This document shows positions 53,875-63,830 of a stretch of DNA of 64,000 bases, one piece after another (the stretch's first letter is position 1; each line of letters starts with the position of its first letter). A program made the position numbers and the translations under genes. The notes beneath the pieces were generated by a model. It made no database searches. It had not been told where the DNA came from and worked only from the letters and a program-made list of their open reading frames with translations. Origin of the DNA: a virus (Duplodnaviria > Heunggongvirae > Uroviricota > Caudoviricetes); the IMG/VR virus record IMGVR_UViG_3300034105_001678, positions 5,543 to 69,542 of that record; one strand, written 5' to 3'.

Positions 53875-55127
53875 TTAAACCATTTTTATTATTTAGAGGA
53901 CCAGTAAAAACAAGAAGCGGATATGGTGCACATTCAAGAGACTTACTTGAATCACTTTATAAGATGGACTTGTTTAATATTAAAATTGATAGTTGTTCTT
54001 GGGGAAGTACTCCATTAACCGCATTAGAAGAAGGGAATGAATTCCATAATTGGATTAATGAAAACATCATTACCAACTTACCGGATCAACCAGAGATTTA
54101 TGTACAAGTAACCGTACCAAATGAATTTCAAAGAGTTGGTAAATTTAATATAGGTGTGACCGCAGGTATTGAAACAACTGTGGCACCTAAAAATTGGGTG
54201 GATGGTTGTAATAGGATGGATCACATCATAACCACTTCAACATTTTCTAGAGACGTTTTATTACAAACAGTTTATAATGAAACAGAAAATAATACTGGAA
54301 AATTAATTAAACAATTTAGAATTGAAAAACCCGTTTCAGTATTGTTTGAAGGTGTTGATACATCAATATATAATAACAAATATAAAGGTATCGATGTCGA
54401 TATTACGGAAGATTTTGCGTATCTTTTTGTTGGTCATTGGTTGAAAGGTGATACTGGTCAAGATCGTAAAGATGTTGGAATGTTGATTAGATGTTTCATT
54501 GAAGCATTTAAGGATGAAGAAGTAAAACCTGCGTTAGTTCTTAAAACGTCGTCAGCAACTTTCTCAGTTAGACAAAGAGAAGATTTTAGAAAGAAAATTG
54601 AGGATATTGTTAAGTTAAGTAAAACCGATACTCCTCCATCAATTTATCTTTTGTTTGGTGAATTAACCAATGAGGAAATGAATGAGTTATATAATCATCC
54701 TAAAATAAAAGCAATGGTTTCAATAACAAAAGGTGAAGGATTTGGTAGACCGTTATTAGAATTTACAATGACGGGTAAACCTGTGATAGCATCTAATTGG
54801 TCTGGACATAAAGACTTCTTACCTATGGAGAAAGCTATAATGGTTGGTGGTTCATTAACTGAAGTACACGAAAGTGTGATAGATGATTTTATCATTAAGG
54901 GTTCCAAATGGTTCACAGCCAATTATAACGAGTTTACAGAAGTGATGAAAATTGTTATTAAAGATTATGATAAGTTTTTGGAGAAGTCTGAATTGCTTAG
55001 AGAGTTTAACTCTGAAAACTTTACGTTGGATAATATGAAAAATAAGTTTGAATCTATTTTAAAACAAAATACAATTCAACCAAAAGAACATAAATTGGTT
55101 TTACCAAAACTCACAAAAGTTAACTAA
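53871..55127 (+). CDS. glycosyltransferase, GT-B fold (GT1/GT4-like)
   Basis: KGEGFGRPLLEFTMTGKPVIASNWSGHKDFL. The N-terminus MIKPFLLFRGP resembles the MIKPFKFF family motif. Confidence 0.6.
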   Translation: MIKPFLLFRGPVKTRSGYGAHSRDLLESLYKMDLFNIKIDSCSWGSTPLTALEEGNEFHNWINENIITNLPDQPEIYVQVTVPNEFQRVGKFNIGVTAGIETTVAPKNWVDGCNRMDHIITTSTFSRDVLLQTVYNETENNTGKLIKQFRIEKPVSVLFEGVDTSIYNNKYKGIDVDITEDFAYLFVGHWLKGDTGQDRKDVGMLIRCFIEAFKDEEVKPALVLKTSSATFSVRQREDFRKKIEDIVKLSKTDTPPSIYLLFGELTNEEMNELYNHPKIKAMVSITKGEGFGRPLLEFTMTGKPVIASNWSGHKDFLPMEKAIMVGGSLTEVHESVIDDFIIKGSKWFTANYNEFTEVMKIVIKDYDKFLEKSELLREFNSENFTLDNMKNKFESILKQNTIQPKEHKLVLPKLTKVN

Positions 55128-55378
55128 TGTCATTTAAATTTCTCACAGGTAACCAAGATATGTTTACACATTTGGAACCCACCCAACTATTAACATTAAG
55201 ACAACCAACAATGATTAACAATGTTGAATTTTGTTTTCAGTTTGGTGATAATGAACCCGTAGTATTTGCAACAGGACCTAATGAATGTCAAATTCGATTA
55301 AGTCCACAAACAGATGCTAATATTATGTTCACAGATAATCATAGACAGTTTAAATTATTTGCAAGAGAAAGACAATGA
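55127..55378 (+). CDS. hypothetical protein
   Basis: ORF. Confidence 0.35.
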   Translation: MSFKFLTGNQDMFTHLEPTQLLTLRQPTMINNVEFCFQFGDNEPVVFATGPNECQIRLSPQTDANIMFTDNHRQFKLFARERQ

Positions 55379-55584
55379 GAAAGTTTACCTTCTTTGTTGG
55401 TATTAGTAAACCAACACTAACCGCAACTTGGTCACCTGAATTCAATGATAATTTATTTACTAACCACGGTATTGATGCTGAGGCGGAACTAACAAGAATA
55501 ATGTCAGCAGAAATTGCAAGAACAATAGATGAAGATATAATAAGAACATTAACAAGAGAAATAAACGGAGGATTAAGAGCCTAA
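55375..55584 (+). CDS. hypothetical protein
   Basis: ORF. Confidence 0.35.
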   Translation: MRKFTFFVGISKPTLTATWSPEFNDNLFTNHGIDAEAELTRIMSAEIARTIDEDIIRTLTREINGGLRA

Positions 55585-55585
55585 T

Positions 55586-56431
55586 ATGAAAATTTTAGTA
55601 ACAGGAGGAGCAGGATTTATAGGAACTAATCTAATTAAGAGATTATTATTTGAAGGGCATAATGTAGAATCTATTGACAACTACGATAGTGGGTTAGTGT
55701 CCAATCACGTAGATGGGTGTAACTATCATACGGGAGATATAGAATCTATTGGTTTGATGGATAAAGACTTTGATATGATATATCATTTAGCGGGACTAAG
55801 TAGAATCCAACCATCGTTTAAAAATCCAACAGAAACTTTCAGAGTTAATACTATAGGTACCGAGAGTGTTTGTTCATTTGCAAAGAAAATAAATGCTAAG
55901 GTTGTATATGCGGGTTCGTCGTCAAGATGGCACGACCCATTTCAATCACCATACGCTTGTTACAAACATATGGGTGAAGAGATTTGTAAAATGTACAGAA
56001 AGGTTTATGATATAGACATTGAAATTGTTAGATTTTATAATGTTTACGGACCTAACGAAGTTGTTGACGGTGATTGGGCCGCAGTTATTGGTATATGGAG
56101 AAGACAAGTTATTAATAAGGAACCAATTACTATTGTTGGTGACGGTAATCAAAGACGAGATTTCACACACGTTATTGATATAGTTGATGGTTTATATAGG
56201 GTTGGTACGAGTAACGAAAAACACGAAGACGCTTGGGAGTTAGGTACTGGAACCAATTATTCAATACTTGAAGTCTATGAAATGTTTAAGGAAAAATTTG
56301 GGTGTGATAAGTTACACATTGAGAATCAGAAGGGTAACTATCGTATAACTTTGCGTGAAAATAACGATGCAATCGACCGTTTAGGTTGGTCACCAGAAAA
56401 TAGATTAAAAAATTATGTAGATAGTTTATGA
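55586..56431 (+). CDS. NAD-dependent sugar epimerase/dehydratase (SDR family)
   Basis: Rossmann ILVTGGAGFIGTNL. Catalytic YACYKHMGEE (YxxxK). Confidence 0.75.
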   Translation: MKILVTGGAGFIGTNLIKRLLFEGHNVESIDNYDSGLVSNHVDGCNYHTGDIESIGLMDKDFDMIYHLAGLSRIQPSFKNPTETFRVNTIGTESVCSFAKKINAKVVYAGSSSRWHDPFQSPYACYKHMGEEICKMYRKVYDIDIEIVRFYNVYGPNEVVDGDWAAVIGIWRRQVINKEPITIVGDGNQRRDFTHVIDIVDGLYRVGTSNEKHEDAWELGTGTNYSILEVYEMFKEKFGCDKLHIENQKGNYRITLRENNDAIDRLGWSPENRLKNYVDSL

Positions 56432-57051
56432 AAATAAGTTTTGCTATAACAGTATCCAAAGAGATAAACGAAATTAAACATTTAGTTCCATTCTTATTAG
56501 AACATAAACGACCTCAAGATGAGATAGTTGTTTTGTTTGATGAAAAAAATGGAGACAAGGAAGTGTTAGATTTTTTATTGCCTTTTAATATCAAACCTAA
56601 CGTACAAACCTGGAGAGGTTTTGATTTTGATTATAACTTTGCCGATTGGAAGAATAAATTAAATTCTTATTGTGTTGGGGATTATATATTTCAATTAGAT
56701 GCTGATGAGATGGTAAGTGAGTATATGATAAAGAACGTTACTGAAATCATTTCTATGAATAAGGACGTTGAGTTATTTTTTCTACCAAGAATAAACATAG
56801 TAAGTGGAATAACTCAGGATCATATTAATAGATGGGGATGGATAGTTGATGACTTAGGTAGGATTAACTTTCCAGACTTTCAAGGTAGAATATATAAGAA
56901 AGGTTTGGAATGGCAGGGAAAAGTTCACGAAAGAATTGTAGGAACGAAGTCCTATTCATTACTACCATCAGATGAAGAGTCGTATTGTATTAAACATTAC
57001 AAAGACATATCTAAACAAGAACAACAAAATAACTTATACAGTAAAATATGA
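56428..57051 (+). CDS. putative glycosyltransferase (GT-A, DxD QLDADE)
   Basis: DxD motif and GT2-like N-terminus. Confidence 0.45.
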   Translation: MKISFAITVSKEINEIKHLVPFLLEHKRPQDEIVVLFDEKNGDKEVLDFLLPFNIKPNVQTWRGFDFDYNFADWKNKLNSYCVGDYIFQLDADEMVSEYMIKNVTEIISMNKDVELFFLPRINIVSGITQDHINRWGWIVDDLGRINFPDFQGRIYKKGLEWQGKVHERIVGTKSYSLLPSDEESYCIKHYKDISKQEQQNNLYSKI

Positions 57052-57596
57052 AACTAGAAGAAATATACAATCAGAGATGTTCAACTCCATCGGATATTAA
57101 TGAACACTTACCAACATTAAAGAAATACGCCGAGGAGTGTGACCACATTACCGAAATGGGAGTTAGATGGGTGGTATCAACTTACGCCTTTATGATGGGG
57201 GGACCTAAAAAATTAATATCAATTGACATTAACCCCGTTGAAAAACACGGAATTAAAGTTGAAGACTTAGTTGAATTAGCCAAAGAAAAAAATGTTGATT
57301 TTGAATTTCAATTAGGTGACACTACTGTAATTGAAATTGATGAAACTGATTTTCTTTTTATTGATACTTGGCACGTTTACCAACAATTAAAAACAGAATT
57401 AACACTACACGGTAATAAAGCTAGAAAATATATTGGATTCCACGACACCACAATATTTGAAACTAGAGGGGAAAACGGTCATCCTGGTTTATGGCCCGCA
57501 ATCGAGGAGTTCTTATCTGAAAACCCTCATTGGTCAGTCCACGAAAGGTTTACAAATAACAACGGATTAACTATATTAAAGAGAAATGAAGATTGA
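57048..57596 (+). CDS. putative class I SAM-dependent O-methyltransferase (TylF/CmcI-like)
   Basis: EMGVRWVVSTYAFMMGG...ISIDI...FLFIDTWHVY pattern. Confidence 0.4.
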   Translation: MKLEEIYNQRCSTPSDINEHLPTLKKYAEECDHITEMGVRWVVSTYAFMMGGPKKLISIDINPVEKHGIKVEDLVELAKEKNVDFEFQLGDTTVIEIDETDFLFIDTWHVYQQLKTELTLHGNKARKYIGFHDTTIFETRGENGHPGLWPAIEEFLSENPHWSVHERFTNNNGLTILKRNED

Positions 57597-58164
57597 ATTT
57601 ATAATACCGACTTATAATAGGGTACATCACTTAATGACTATTATTAGTTCAATATTTGCTCAAACTAATCCAAATTGGTATATACACGTTGTTGCCGATT
57701 GTCCACCCGAAGGAACATTAGATAAGATAATGGACTTTTACAAGGATAGTGATAAAATAAAATTCACAATTTTAGAAAAAAGGTATAACGATTGGGGACA
57801 TACCCCAAGAAATTACGGATTAAAAAACTCTAAAGAAGAGTGGGTTATTATGACGGGAGAGGATAACTACTACGTTCCTACTTTTGTTGGGGAATTTTTA
57901 AAAGTTGCAACTCAGAACACCATATTTGTTTATTGTAATATGGTTCATAATTGGGTGAATAAAGACTACATTGCAATTAAATCTCAACCAATATTAGGTC
58001 ACATTGATATTGGTAATTTTATGGTTAAAAAAAGATTAGCTAAAGATATGGAATTGGATGTGACAGAAGCTAACGCCGATGGTTTGTTTGTTGAGGAATA
58101 CTTGAGACAATATCCTTTCGGTAAACAAAAGTTTATAGAAAAATTTTTATATGTCCACAACTAA
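57586..58164 (+). CDS. glycosyltransferase family 2
   Basis: FIIPTYNRVHHL...AQTNPNW...ADCPPEG and DxD-like VIMTGEDNYY. Confidence 0.55.
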   Translation: MKIEFIIPTYNRVHHLMTIISSIFAQTNPNWYIHVVADCPPEGTLDKIMDFYKDSDKIKFTILEKRYNDWGHTPRNYGLKNSKEEWVIMTGEDNYYVPTFVGEFLKVATQNTIFVYCNMVHNWVNKDYIAIKSQPILGHIDIGNFMVKKRLAKDMELDVTEANADGLFVEEYLRQYPFGKQKFIEKFLYVHN

Positions 58165-58915
58165 AAAGAAATGTGCGGTTTTTACTATTGTAAAAAATGA
58201 AAATTACTTCTTACCAATATGGTTAAAACATTATAAGAGGTACTTTGATAATTCAGACATTTATATCTTAGACCATCAATCGAATGATGGGTCAACTGAA
58301 GGATTAGATGTTAATGTTGACTTAGTTATTAACGAAATGGCATTTGATCATCAATGGTTAGTTAATACCGTAGAAAACTTCCAAGTTAAATTACTTGAGA
58401 ACTATGAATCGGTTTTATTTGTGGAAATAGATGAGATAATATATACTCTTGACAAACCATTAAATGAAGTTATAATTGATTTTATTAACGATGATAATTT
58501 ACTTGTTCAATCTTGTACTAGTAGAGATTTATTACAAATTTTAGAAACAGAAAAGTCTTTAGAAGAGGGTGATTTAATTATTGAAAATAGAAACTATTGG
58601 TTCGAGGATGCAATTTACCATAAAACATTATTATCTAAAGTACCTTTAAAATGGGTGGTTGGATTTCATTACATAACTAACCATACCACAAACCACACAC
58701 TTAACCTTAGAATGTGTCACTTACATCGTTTTGATTTTGAATTAATGTGTGAAAGAAATATTCATCGTATAAATAATACCCAAATTGAGGGTGGTGCAAA
58801 TGGTTTTCAAAATAAAACAACAGATAAAAATAAATTAATGGATTTCTTTATTATGGAACATAATAAAAAGGAACTCATTCCTGAAGAACATAAAATAGCT
58901 CTAAAACATATATGA
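58151..58915 (+). CDS. putative GT-A glycosyltransferase (GT92/GT2-like)
   Basis: AVFTIVKNENYFLPIWLKHYKRYF..IYILDHQSNDGSTEGL resembles the GT92 N-terminal region. Confidence 0.4.
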   Translation: MSTTKKKCAVFTIVKNENYFLPIWLKHYKRYFDNSDIYILDHQSNDGSTEGLDVNVDLVINEMAFDHQWLVNTVENFQVKLLENYESVLFVEIDEIIYTLDKPLNEVIIDFINDDNLLVQSCTSRDLLQILETEKSLEEGDLIIENRNYWFEDAIYHKTLLSKVPLKWVVGFHYITNHTTNHTLNLRMCHLHRFDFELMCERNIHRINNTQIEGGANGFQNKTTDKNKLMDFFIMEHNKKELIPEEHKIALKHI

Positions 58916-59538
58916 ATTTAATTGATAAAAATATCTACAATGAATTTACTTTATTGCCCGAAGATACATCTGGTTGGAATGGGAATAGTGAAGTTTTTGT
59001 TAAATTAATTACAGAAATTAAACCTAAAACAATTATTGAAGTTGGTTCTTGGAAAGGACAGTCAGCAATTAATATGGGTAAAACAACTAAGGAATTGGGA
59101 TTAGGTACCACAATACATTGTGTGGACACTTGGTTAGGTGCAATTGAATTTTGGTCAAGTTTAAAGGAAACAGAAGAACGTAATTTATTATTACGTCACG
59201 GATACCCTCAGATTTATTATCAATTTTTAAGTAATGTAATTCACAATGGTTTACAAGATACTATTTTACCATTTCCAAATACATCGGAAAATGGATTTAG
59301 ATATTTTAGAGATATAAAACTGACCGCGGATTTAATTTACATCGACGCCTCTCACGAGGAGGAAGATGTTTATAAAGATGTAAATAATTATTTTACCTTA
59401 TTAAACGCGGGAGGTATAATATTTGGGGATGATTATGTTAGTTGGATTGATGTAAAGAAATCAATTGACAGATTCGTTAAAGAACAAAATTTAACTTTAG
59501 AAGTATTGGAAAATAATTTTTGGGTTATAAAAAAATAA
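58912..59538 (+). CDS. class I SAM-dependent methyltransferase (CmcI/TylF-type sugar O-methyltransferase)
   Basis: SAM motif IIEVGSWKGQSA. IYIDASHEEEDV acidic motif. Confidence 0.55.
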   Translation: MNLIDKNIYNEFTLLPEDTSGWNGNSEVFVKLITEIKPKTIIEVGSWKGQSAINMGKTTKELGLGTTIHCVDTWLGAIEFWSSLKETEERNLLLRHGYPQIYYQFLSNVIHNGLQDTILPFPNTSENGFRYFRDIKLTADLIYIDASHEEEDVYKDVNNYFTLLNAGGIIFGDDYVSWIDVKKSIDRFVKEQNLTLEVLENNFWVIKK

Positions 59539-59542
59539 GATT

Positions 59543-60637
59543 ATGGTATATGATTACTTAATAGTGGGTTCTGGATTCTTCGGTAGTATCTGTGCACACG
59601 AACTTAACAAAACAGGTAAGAAGGTTTTAGTGATTGATTCAAGAAATCATATAGGTGGTAACTGTCACACAGAAAATAAAGATGGTATCAATGTTCACAC
59701 ATATGGTCCTCACGTATTTCACACATCAAATGAAGAAGTTTGGAAATGGATTAATCAATTTGTTGAATTCAATAACTTCAGACTGAATCCTGTTGCCAAT
59801 TACAAAGATGAATTGTATTCGTTACCTTTTAATATGTGGACATTTAATAAGTTATGGAATGTTACCACACCTGAACAAGCTAAACTTGTTATTGAGAATC
59901 AATCTAAAGAGATTGGTGAACCAACTAACTTAGAGGAACAAGCAATTAAATTGGTTGGTAAGGATGTGTATGAGAAATTGATTAAAGGATATACCACCAA
60001 ACAATGGAAGAAAGACCCTAAAGAATTACCTAAAGAGATTATAACTAGATTACCTGTTAGATTTACATTTGATGGTAACTACTTCAATGACAAGTATCAA
60101 GGTATTCCAATTGGTGGTTACACACAGATATTTGAAAAGTTATTAGATGGTATTGAAGTTAGGTTGGGTGTTGATTATTTCAAAGATGAATTACCCGAAC
60201 ATACTAAAGTAATATACACTGGTCCTATTGATAGGTTCTTTGATTACAAGTATGGTGAATTAGAATATAAAACAACAAGGTTCGAACATAAACACTTTGA
60301 CACACCAAACTATCAAGGTACAGCAGTAATGAACTACACTGAAGAAGAGATAGTACATACTAGAACTATTGAACATAAACATTTTGAAAGTTCAGACACA
60401 CCAACAACTTGGGTTTCGTGGGAATATCCTCACACATATAAGGCAGGTGAGACCGAACCATATTATCCTGTGAATGATAAATCAAATACTGAGATATATT
60501 CAAAGTATAAAGAAGAGGCAAATAAATTAAGTGATAGTGTTTTATTTGGTGGTAGGTTAGCCGAGTACAAATATTATGATATGCATCAAGTAATTGCGTC
60601 AGCGTTAGATTTTATAAATAAAGAAATTAATAAATGA
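59543..60637 (+). CDS. glf: UDP-galactopyranose mutase
   Basis: MVYDYLIVGSGFFGSICAHEL...VIDSRNHIGGNCHTE...HVFHTSNEEVW closely parallels E. coli Glf (MYDYIIVGSGLFGAVCANEL...IEKRNHIGGNAYTE...HIFHTNDKYIW). Confidence 0.85.
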   Translation: MVYDYLIVGSGFFGSICAHELNKTGKKVLVIDSRNHIGGNCHTENKDGINVHTYGPHVFHTSNEEVWKWINQFVEFNNFRLNPVANYKDELYSLPFNMWTFNKLWNVTTPEQAKLVIENQSKEIGEPTNLEEQAIKLVGKDVYEKLIKGYTTKQWKKDPKELPKEIITRLPVRFTFDGNYFNDKYQGIPIGGYTQIFEKLLDGIEVRLGVDYFKDELPEHTKVIYTGPIDRFFDYKYGELEYKTTRFEHKHFDTPNYQGTAVMNYTEEEIVHTRTIEHKHFESSDTPTTWVSWEYPHTYKAGETEPYYPVNDKSNTEIYSKYKEEANKLSDSVLFGGRLAEYKYYDMHQVIASALDFINKEINK

Positions 60638-61743
60638 ATATAACATTTGTATTGGCGGTATTAAATAAATTAGATTTAACCAAGGATTGTTATAATCATT
60701 TACGTAAGTTATATCCAGAGGTACCGTTAGTTATTAGTAGTGGCGGATCTTTAGATGGTACAAAGGAATGGTTAGAATCTTTAGATGATGAGTATATGTC
60801 ATATTTTCACGACGATGAAAGATTGACATTTTCCGATACCTACAATGCTGGAATTAAATTAGTTGATACTGAGAAATTAGTGTTGATACATAACGATATG
60901 GTTATTGGTGAACAGTTCTTAGAGAACTTAGATAGATTATTAGATGAGAATCCAAATACTTTATTATCGTACACCACAATTGAACCTCCAATCTTTAAGG
61001 GACACAAAAGACCTGGTAAAGTATTAATGGATATGGGGTCATCGTTTCATAATTTTGACCATACTTTATTTGAACGATACGTTCAAGACAATAAAGATAA
61101 ATGTAATATCTACGATGGTGCGGTTTTCTTTATGAGTGGGACCAAGAAAATGTTTGATGATATTGGCGGGTTTGATGGTTTTAGTTTTGTCCCTTGTTTC
61201 TGTGAGGATGATGATTTCTTAATTCGTGCGAAACTAAAAGGCTACGAACTTAAAACTACGGACTGTGCAATCACCTATCATTTTGTTTCGCAGACATCTA
61301 GATTTAGTGACGAGATGAAGACCGATAGGTTTAAAATTGAAGTTTCGTCAAATAGAAACTTTATTAGGAAGTGGGGTATTCCAATATCATCGTTTAATGA
61401 ATTAAGATATTGGGAAGATAAGATTTTCAAATATAATACCTTTTCAATTGGTTTGACAACTAGAGATAAATCGAAATTAGTACAATTAGAACCTTACTTT
61501 GATAAAATCGATTTAGGGGTGATTCCTGAAGATTATATAGAGAATGAACAAAAGAATACACGCTACGATTTAAGGTCGAAATTTACCCTTACTGACACCG
61601 TTGACGTGATGGTTTATGAAACTGCACCATTCACAGATGAAGACATTTATACTTTGAATAGATTAAGGTTGTCATTACCTCATTATGAACCTGGACAATA
61701 CAATATAGGTAATATGTTAATAGAAATAAAAAAGGGACTATAA
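60634..61743 (+). CDS. putative glycosyltransferase (GT2-like; candidate galactofuranosyltransferase)
   Basis: N-terminal GT-A-like region. Sits directly downstream of glf. A terminator hairpin follows at 61735-61760. Confidence 0.4.
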   Translation: MNITFVLAVLNKLDLTKDCYNHLRKLYPEVPLVISSGGSLDGTKEWLESLDDEYMSYFHDDERLTFSDTYNAGIKLVDTEKLVLIHNDMVIGEQFLENLDRLLDENPNTLLSYTTIEPPIFKGHKRPGKVLMDMGSSFHNFDHTLFERYVQDNKDKCNIYDGAVFFMSGTKKMFDDIGGFDGFSFVPCFCEDDDFLIRAKLKGYELKTTDCAITYHFVSQTSRFSDEMKTDRFKIEVSSNRNFIRKWGIPISSFNELRYWEDKIFKYNTFSIGLTTRDKSKLVQLEPYFDKIDLGVIPEDYIENEQKNTRYDLRSKFTLTDTVDVMVYETAPFTDEDIYTLNRLRLSLPHYEPGQYNIGNMLIEIKKGL

Positions 61744-61755
61744 GTCCCTTTTTTA

Positions 61756-62211
61756 TTATTTCTTAATCAACTTAAATAGTACTTGATATTTGTCTTTTGT
61801 TTTTCCCGCTTCCTTTAGATCTTCTTTGGTAATTTCAGGATATTCAATTTCAATTTCTTGATTTAAAAGTACACCATATTCATTATCAAATTCGATGTAC
61901 TGAGGGTTAACAACTTTACCAGTTACGGTACCTTCATCGTCCTTAACTTCGTTGTACATTTTTACTAAGACGCCACCATTACCATCTTCTTCTCCATACT
62001 TTTTGATTAATTCATCTCTTAATGCTTCAACCTTAGTTCTCTCGCCTTTAAGTTCTGTTGAGAAGTCACTCAATTCGTATTTCAAAATGATTGAAAGGTT
62101 TTGTTTACTGAATCCCTCAAACACCTGTTCTCCAGTTTGTGGTTCGATATACCCGTTAATTTCGCTTTCTAATTGTAGAACGTCCCCTAATTTTAATGTG
62201 ATTTTTTCCAT
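61756..62211 (-). CDS. hypothetical acidic protein
   Basis: ORF. Confidence 0.4.
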   Translation of the reverse strand: MEKITLKLGDVLQLESEINGYIEPQTGEQVFEGFSKQNLSIILKYELSDFSTELKGERTKVEALRDELIKKYGEEDGNGGVLVKMYNEVKDDEGTVTGKVVNPQYIEFDNEYGVLLNQEIEIEYPEITKEDLKEAGKTKDKYQVLFKLIKK

Positions 62212-62262
62212 ATTTTTTAATTTTCTTTTATAATATATATTTTATTTTTCAAAAAGTGAATC

Positions 62263-62871
62263 TTATTTCCACCACCATCCTTTACCGTCAAAAACGGCAT
62301 AGTCCATTATTAAATTAATTCTATCTGATTGACTTTGGTTTCTAACCTCGTGTTCAACCATATCATTCAATTCCCAAACCTCTCCAACCTTAAAGAACTT
62401 ATCTTCATCCCTAACATTGTAGATAATCTTATCTTCCTCGGAAATCAATGCAACGTGAACTCTATGACTAAGGGTGTAAGAACCACCAACGTCTATATGT
62501 CTATTAACATTCTTACCTGCAAATAGTTTAACGAACACAGCCCTAGCAAGATAACCTGGACCGTATTCTTTTTCCAAGACCTTCATAACAGGTTCCAATA
62601 ATTCTTCCATATTAAGAAGATCCCAATACTTGTGTTTAGTTCCGTTAAAGTGTCTAAAGTCTTTATCATATATTAATTGAATGGCTTGGGTTGCGGAATG
62701 GAATCTACTATATGCTTCTTGTCTAAAAGTATCAGCACCCCAATCCTCATCTTCAATTTTACTTAAGGAATCAATTAATGGTTGTGGGTTAATTGTACCC
62801 AAAAATTTAAAATTTTCTCCTATGTTCATAGAATAGTGATTAATGCGTATGTTATCATAAGTGATATCCAA
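62263..62871 (-). CDS. aspartyl/asparaginyl beta-hydroxylase-like 2OG-Fe(II) oxygenase (LpxO/AspH family)
   Basis: HIDVGGSYTLSHRVHVAL and GEVWELNDMVEHEVRNQSQSDRINLIMD match family motifs (HxD...RLHLGL; FDDS.EHEVWN.S...R). Confidence 0.5.
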   Translation of the reverse strand: MDITYDNIRINHYSMNIGENFKFLGTINPQPLIDSLSKIEDEDWGADTFRQEAYSRFHSATQAIQLIYDKDFRHFNGTKHKYWDLLNMEELLEPVMKVLEKEYGPGYLARAVFVKLFAGKNVNRHIDVGGSYTLSHRVHVALISEEDKIIYNVRDEDKFFKVGEVWELNDMVEHEVRNQSQSDRINLIMDYAVFDGKGWWWK

Positions 62872-63830
62872 ATTATTAATGCTTTAAGATATGTCATAAA
62901 TCCTGTGTGAAAATACTTTTGACCTATCGGTAAACATTTATGTGAAGGCGATATCAAATACGCGGAATATTCCAAAGTGAAAAACAATACAAAATAATGC
63001 ATACCAAATACACTTGTTAATAAACTAACAATACTTGCATATTTTGCTGAAGACCCTAATAAAAATGAAGATAAGAAAGATATCATCGACACTATTAAAA
63101 TGTATTCTGGTTTGTTATATTGTTTTATATAACCTTCCATAACGCCATAATAAGAACCAACTACGTTACCTAATATAATCACTAACGCAACAATCCATAT
63201 TAGTTCCCAATTAATATAATTTATTAACTTAGTCCAACTGTTAGAATAATAGACTAGATAGAGTGTAAATATTGTAAACGCTCCAAAATAATAATCGGTG
63301 AAGCAACTAATAATAATTGTACCTAAGAATGGTAAAACAACATTAGTAATATTCTTCCAATTAATTGGGTCGTCACTTACTTCGATATCTATTTCATCGT
63401 CATCCATAGATAGGATATAATAACTAATATATAATCCTGAAATCAATAACAATGGCCAGATATATGACATAAACTGCATATAGGTTAACCCTAACACCGC
63501 CATAGGAATAATAACTGTTTTCTCTAATGGTGACCATAGATAGTAATGATGAGTTGCAAGGTAATCGATGATACCAAACTTCTTACGTTTCTTATTATCA
63601 ATCGGAGCAATACTATTCAACATAGATGCCGATAGTGCAACACGACCTGGTATGGGTAGAATACCACCAAATAGTGATACTAAGAATACTACCATCTTTT
63701 TAGATTTAACTTTTTGTTCTAGTAATCTAAAGATGTCCATAAGGTATCCTCTTTCTTTGAGGATACCTGTTACGAACATAATGAATATTAAATAGACAAG
63801 GAACTCTTGCCCTTTGATTAAAATCTCCAT
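62826..63830 (-). CDS. polytopic membrane protein (about 10 TM; possible Wzy/EpsG-like polymerase)
   Basis: Hydropathy only. Located next to the glycan island. Confidence 0.35.
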   Translation of the reverse strand: MEILIKGQEFLVYLIFIMFVTGILKERGYLMDIFRLLEQKVKSKKMVVFLVSLFGGILPIPGRVALSASMLNSIAPIDNKKRKKFGIIDYLATHHYYLWSPLEKTVIIPMAVLGLTYMQFMSYIWPLLLISGLYISYYILSMDDDEIDIEVSDDPINWKNITNVVLPFLGTIIISCFTDYYFGAFTIFTLYLVYYSNSWTKLINYINWELIWIVALVIILGNVVGSYYGVMEGYIKQYNKPEYILIVSMISFLSSFLLGSSAKYASIVSLLTSVFGMHYFVLFFTLEYSAYLISPSHKCLPIGQKYFHTGFMTYLKALIIWISLMITYALITIL

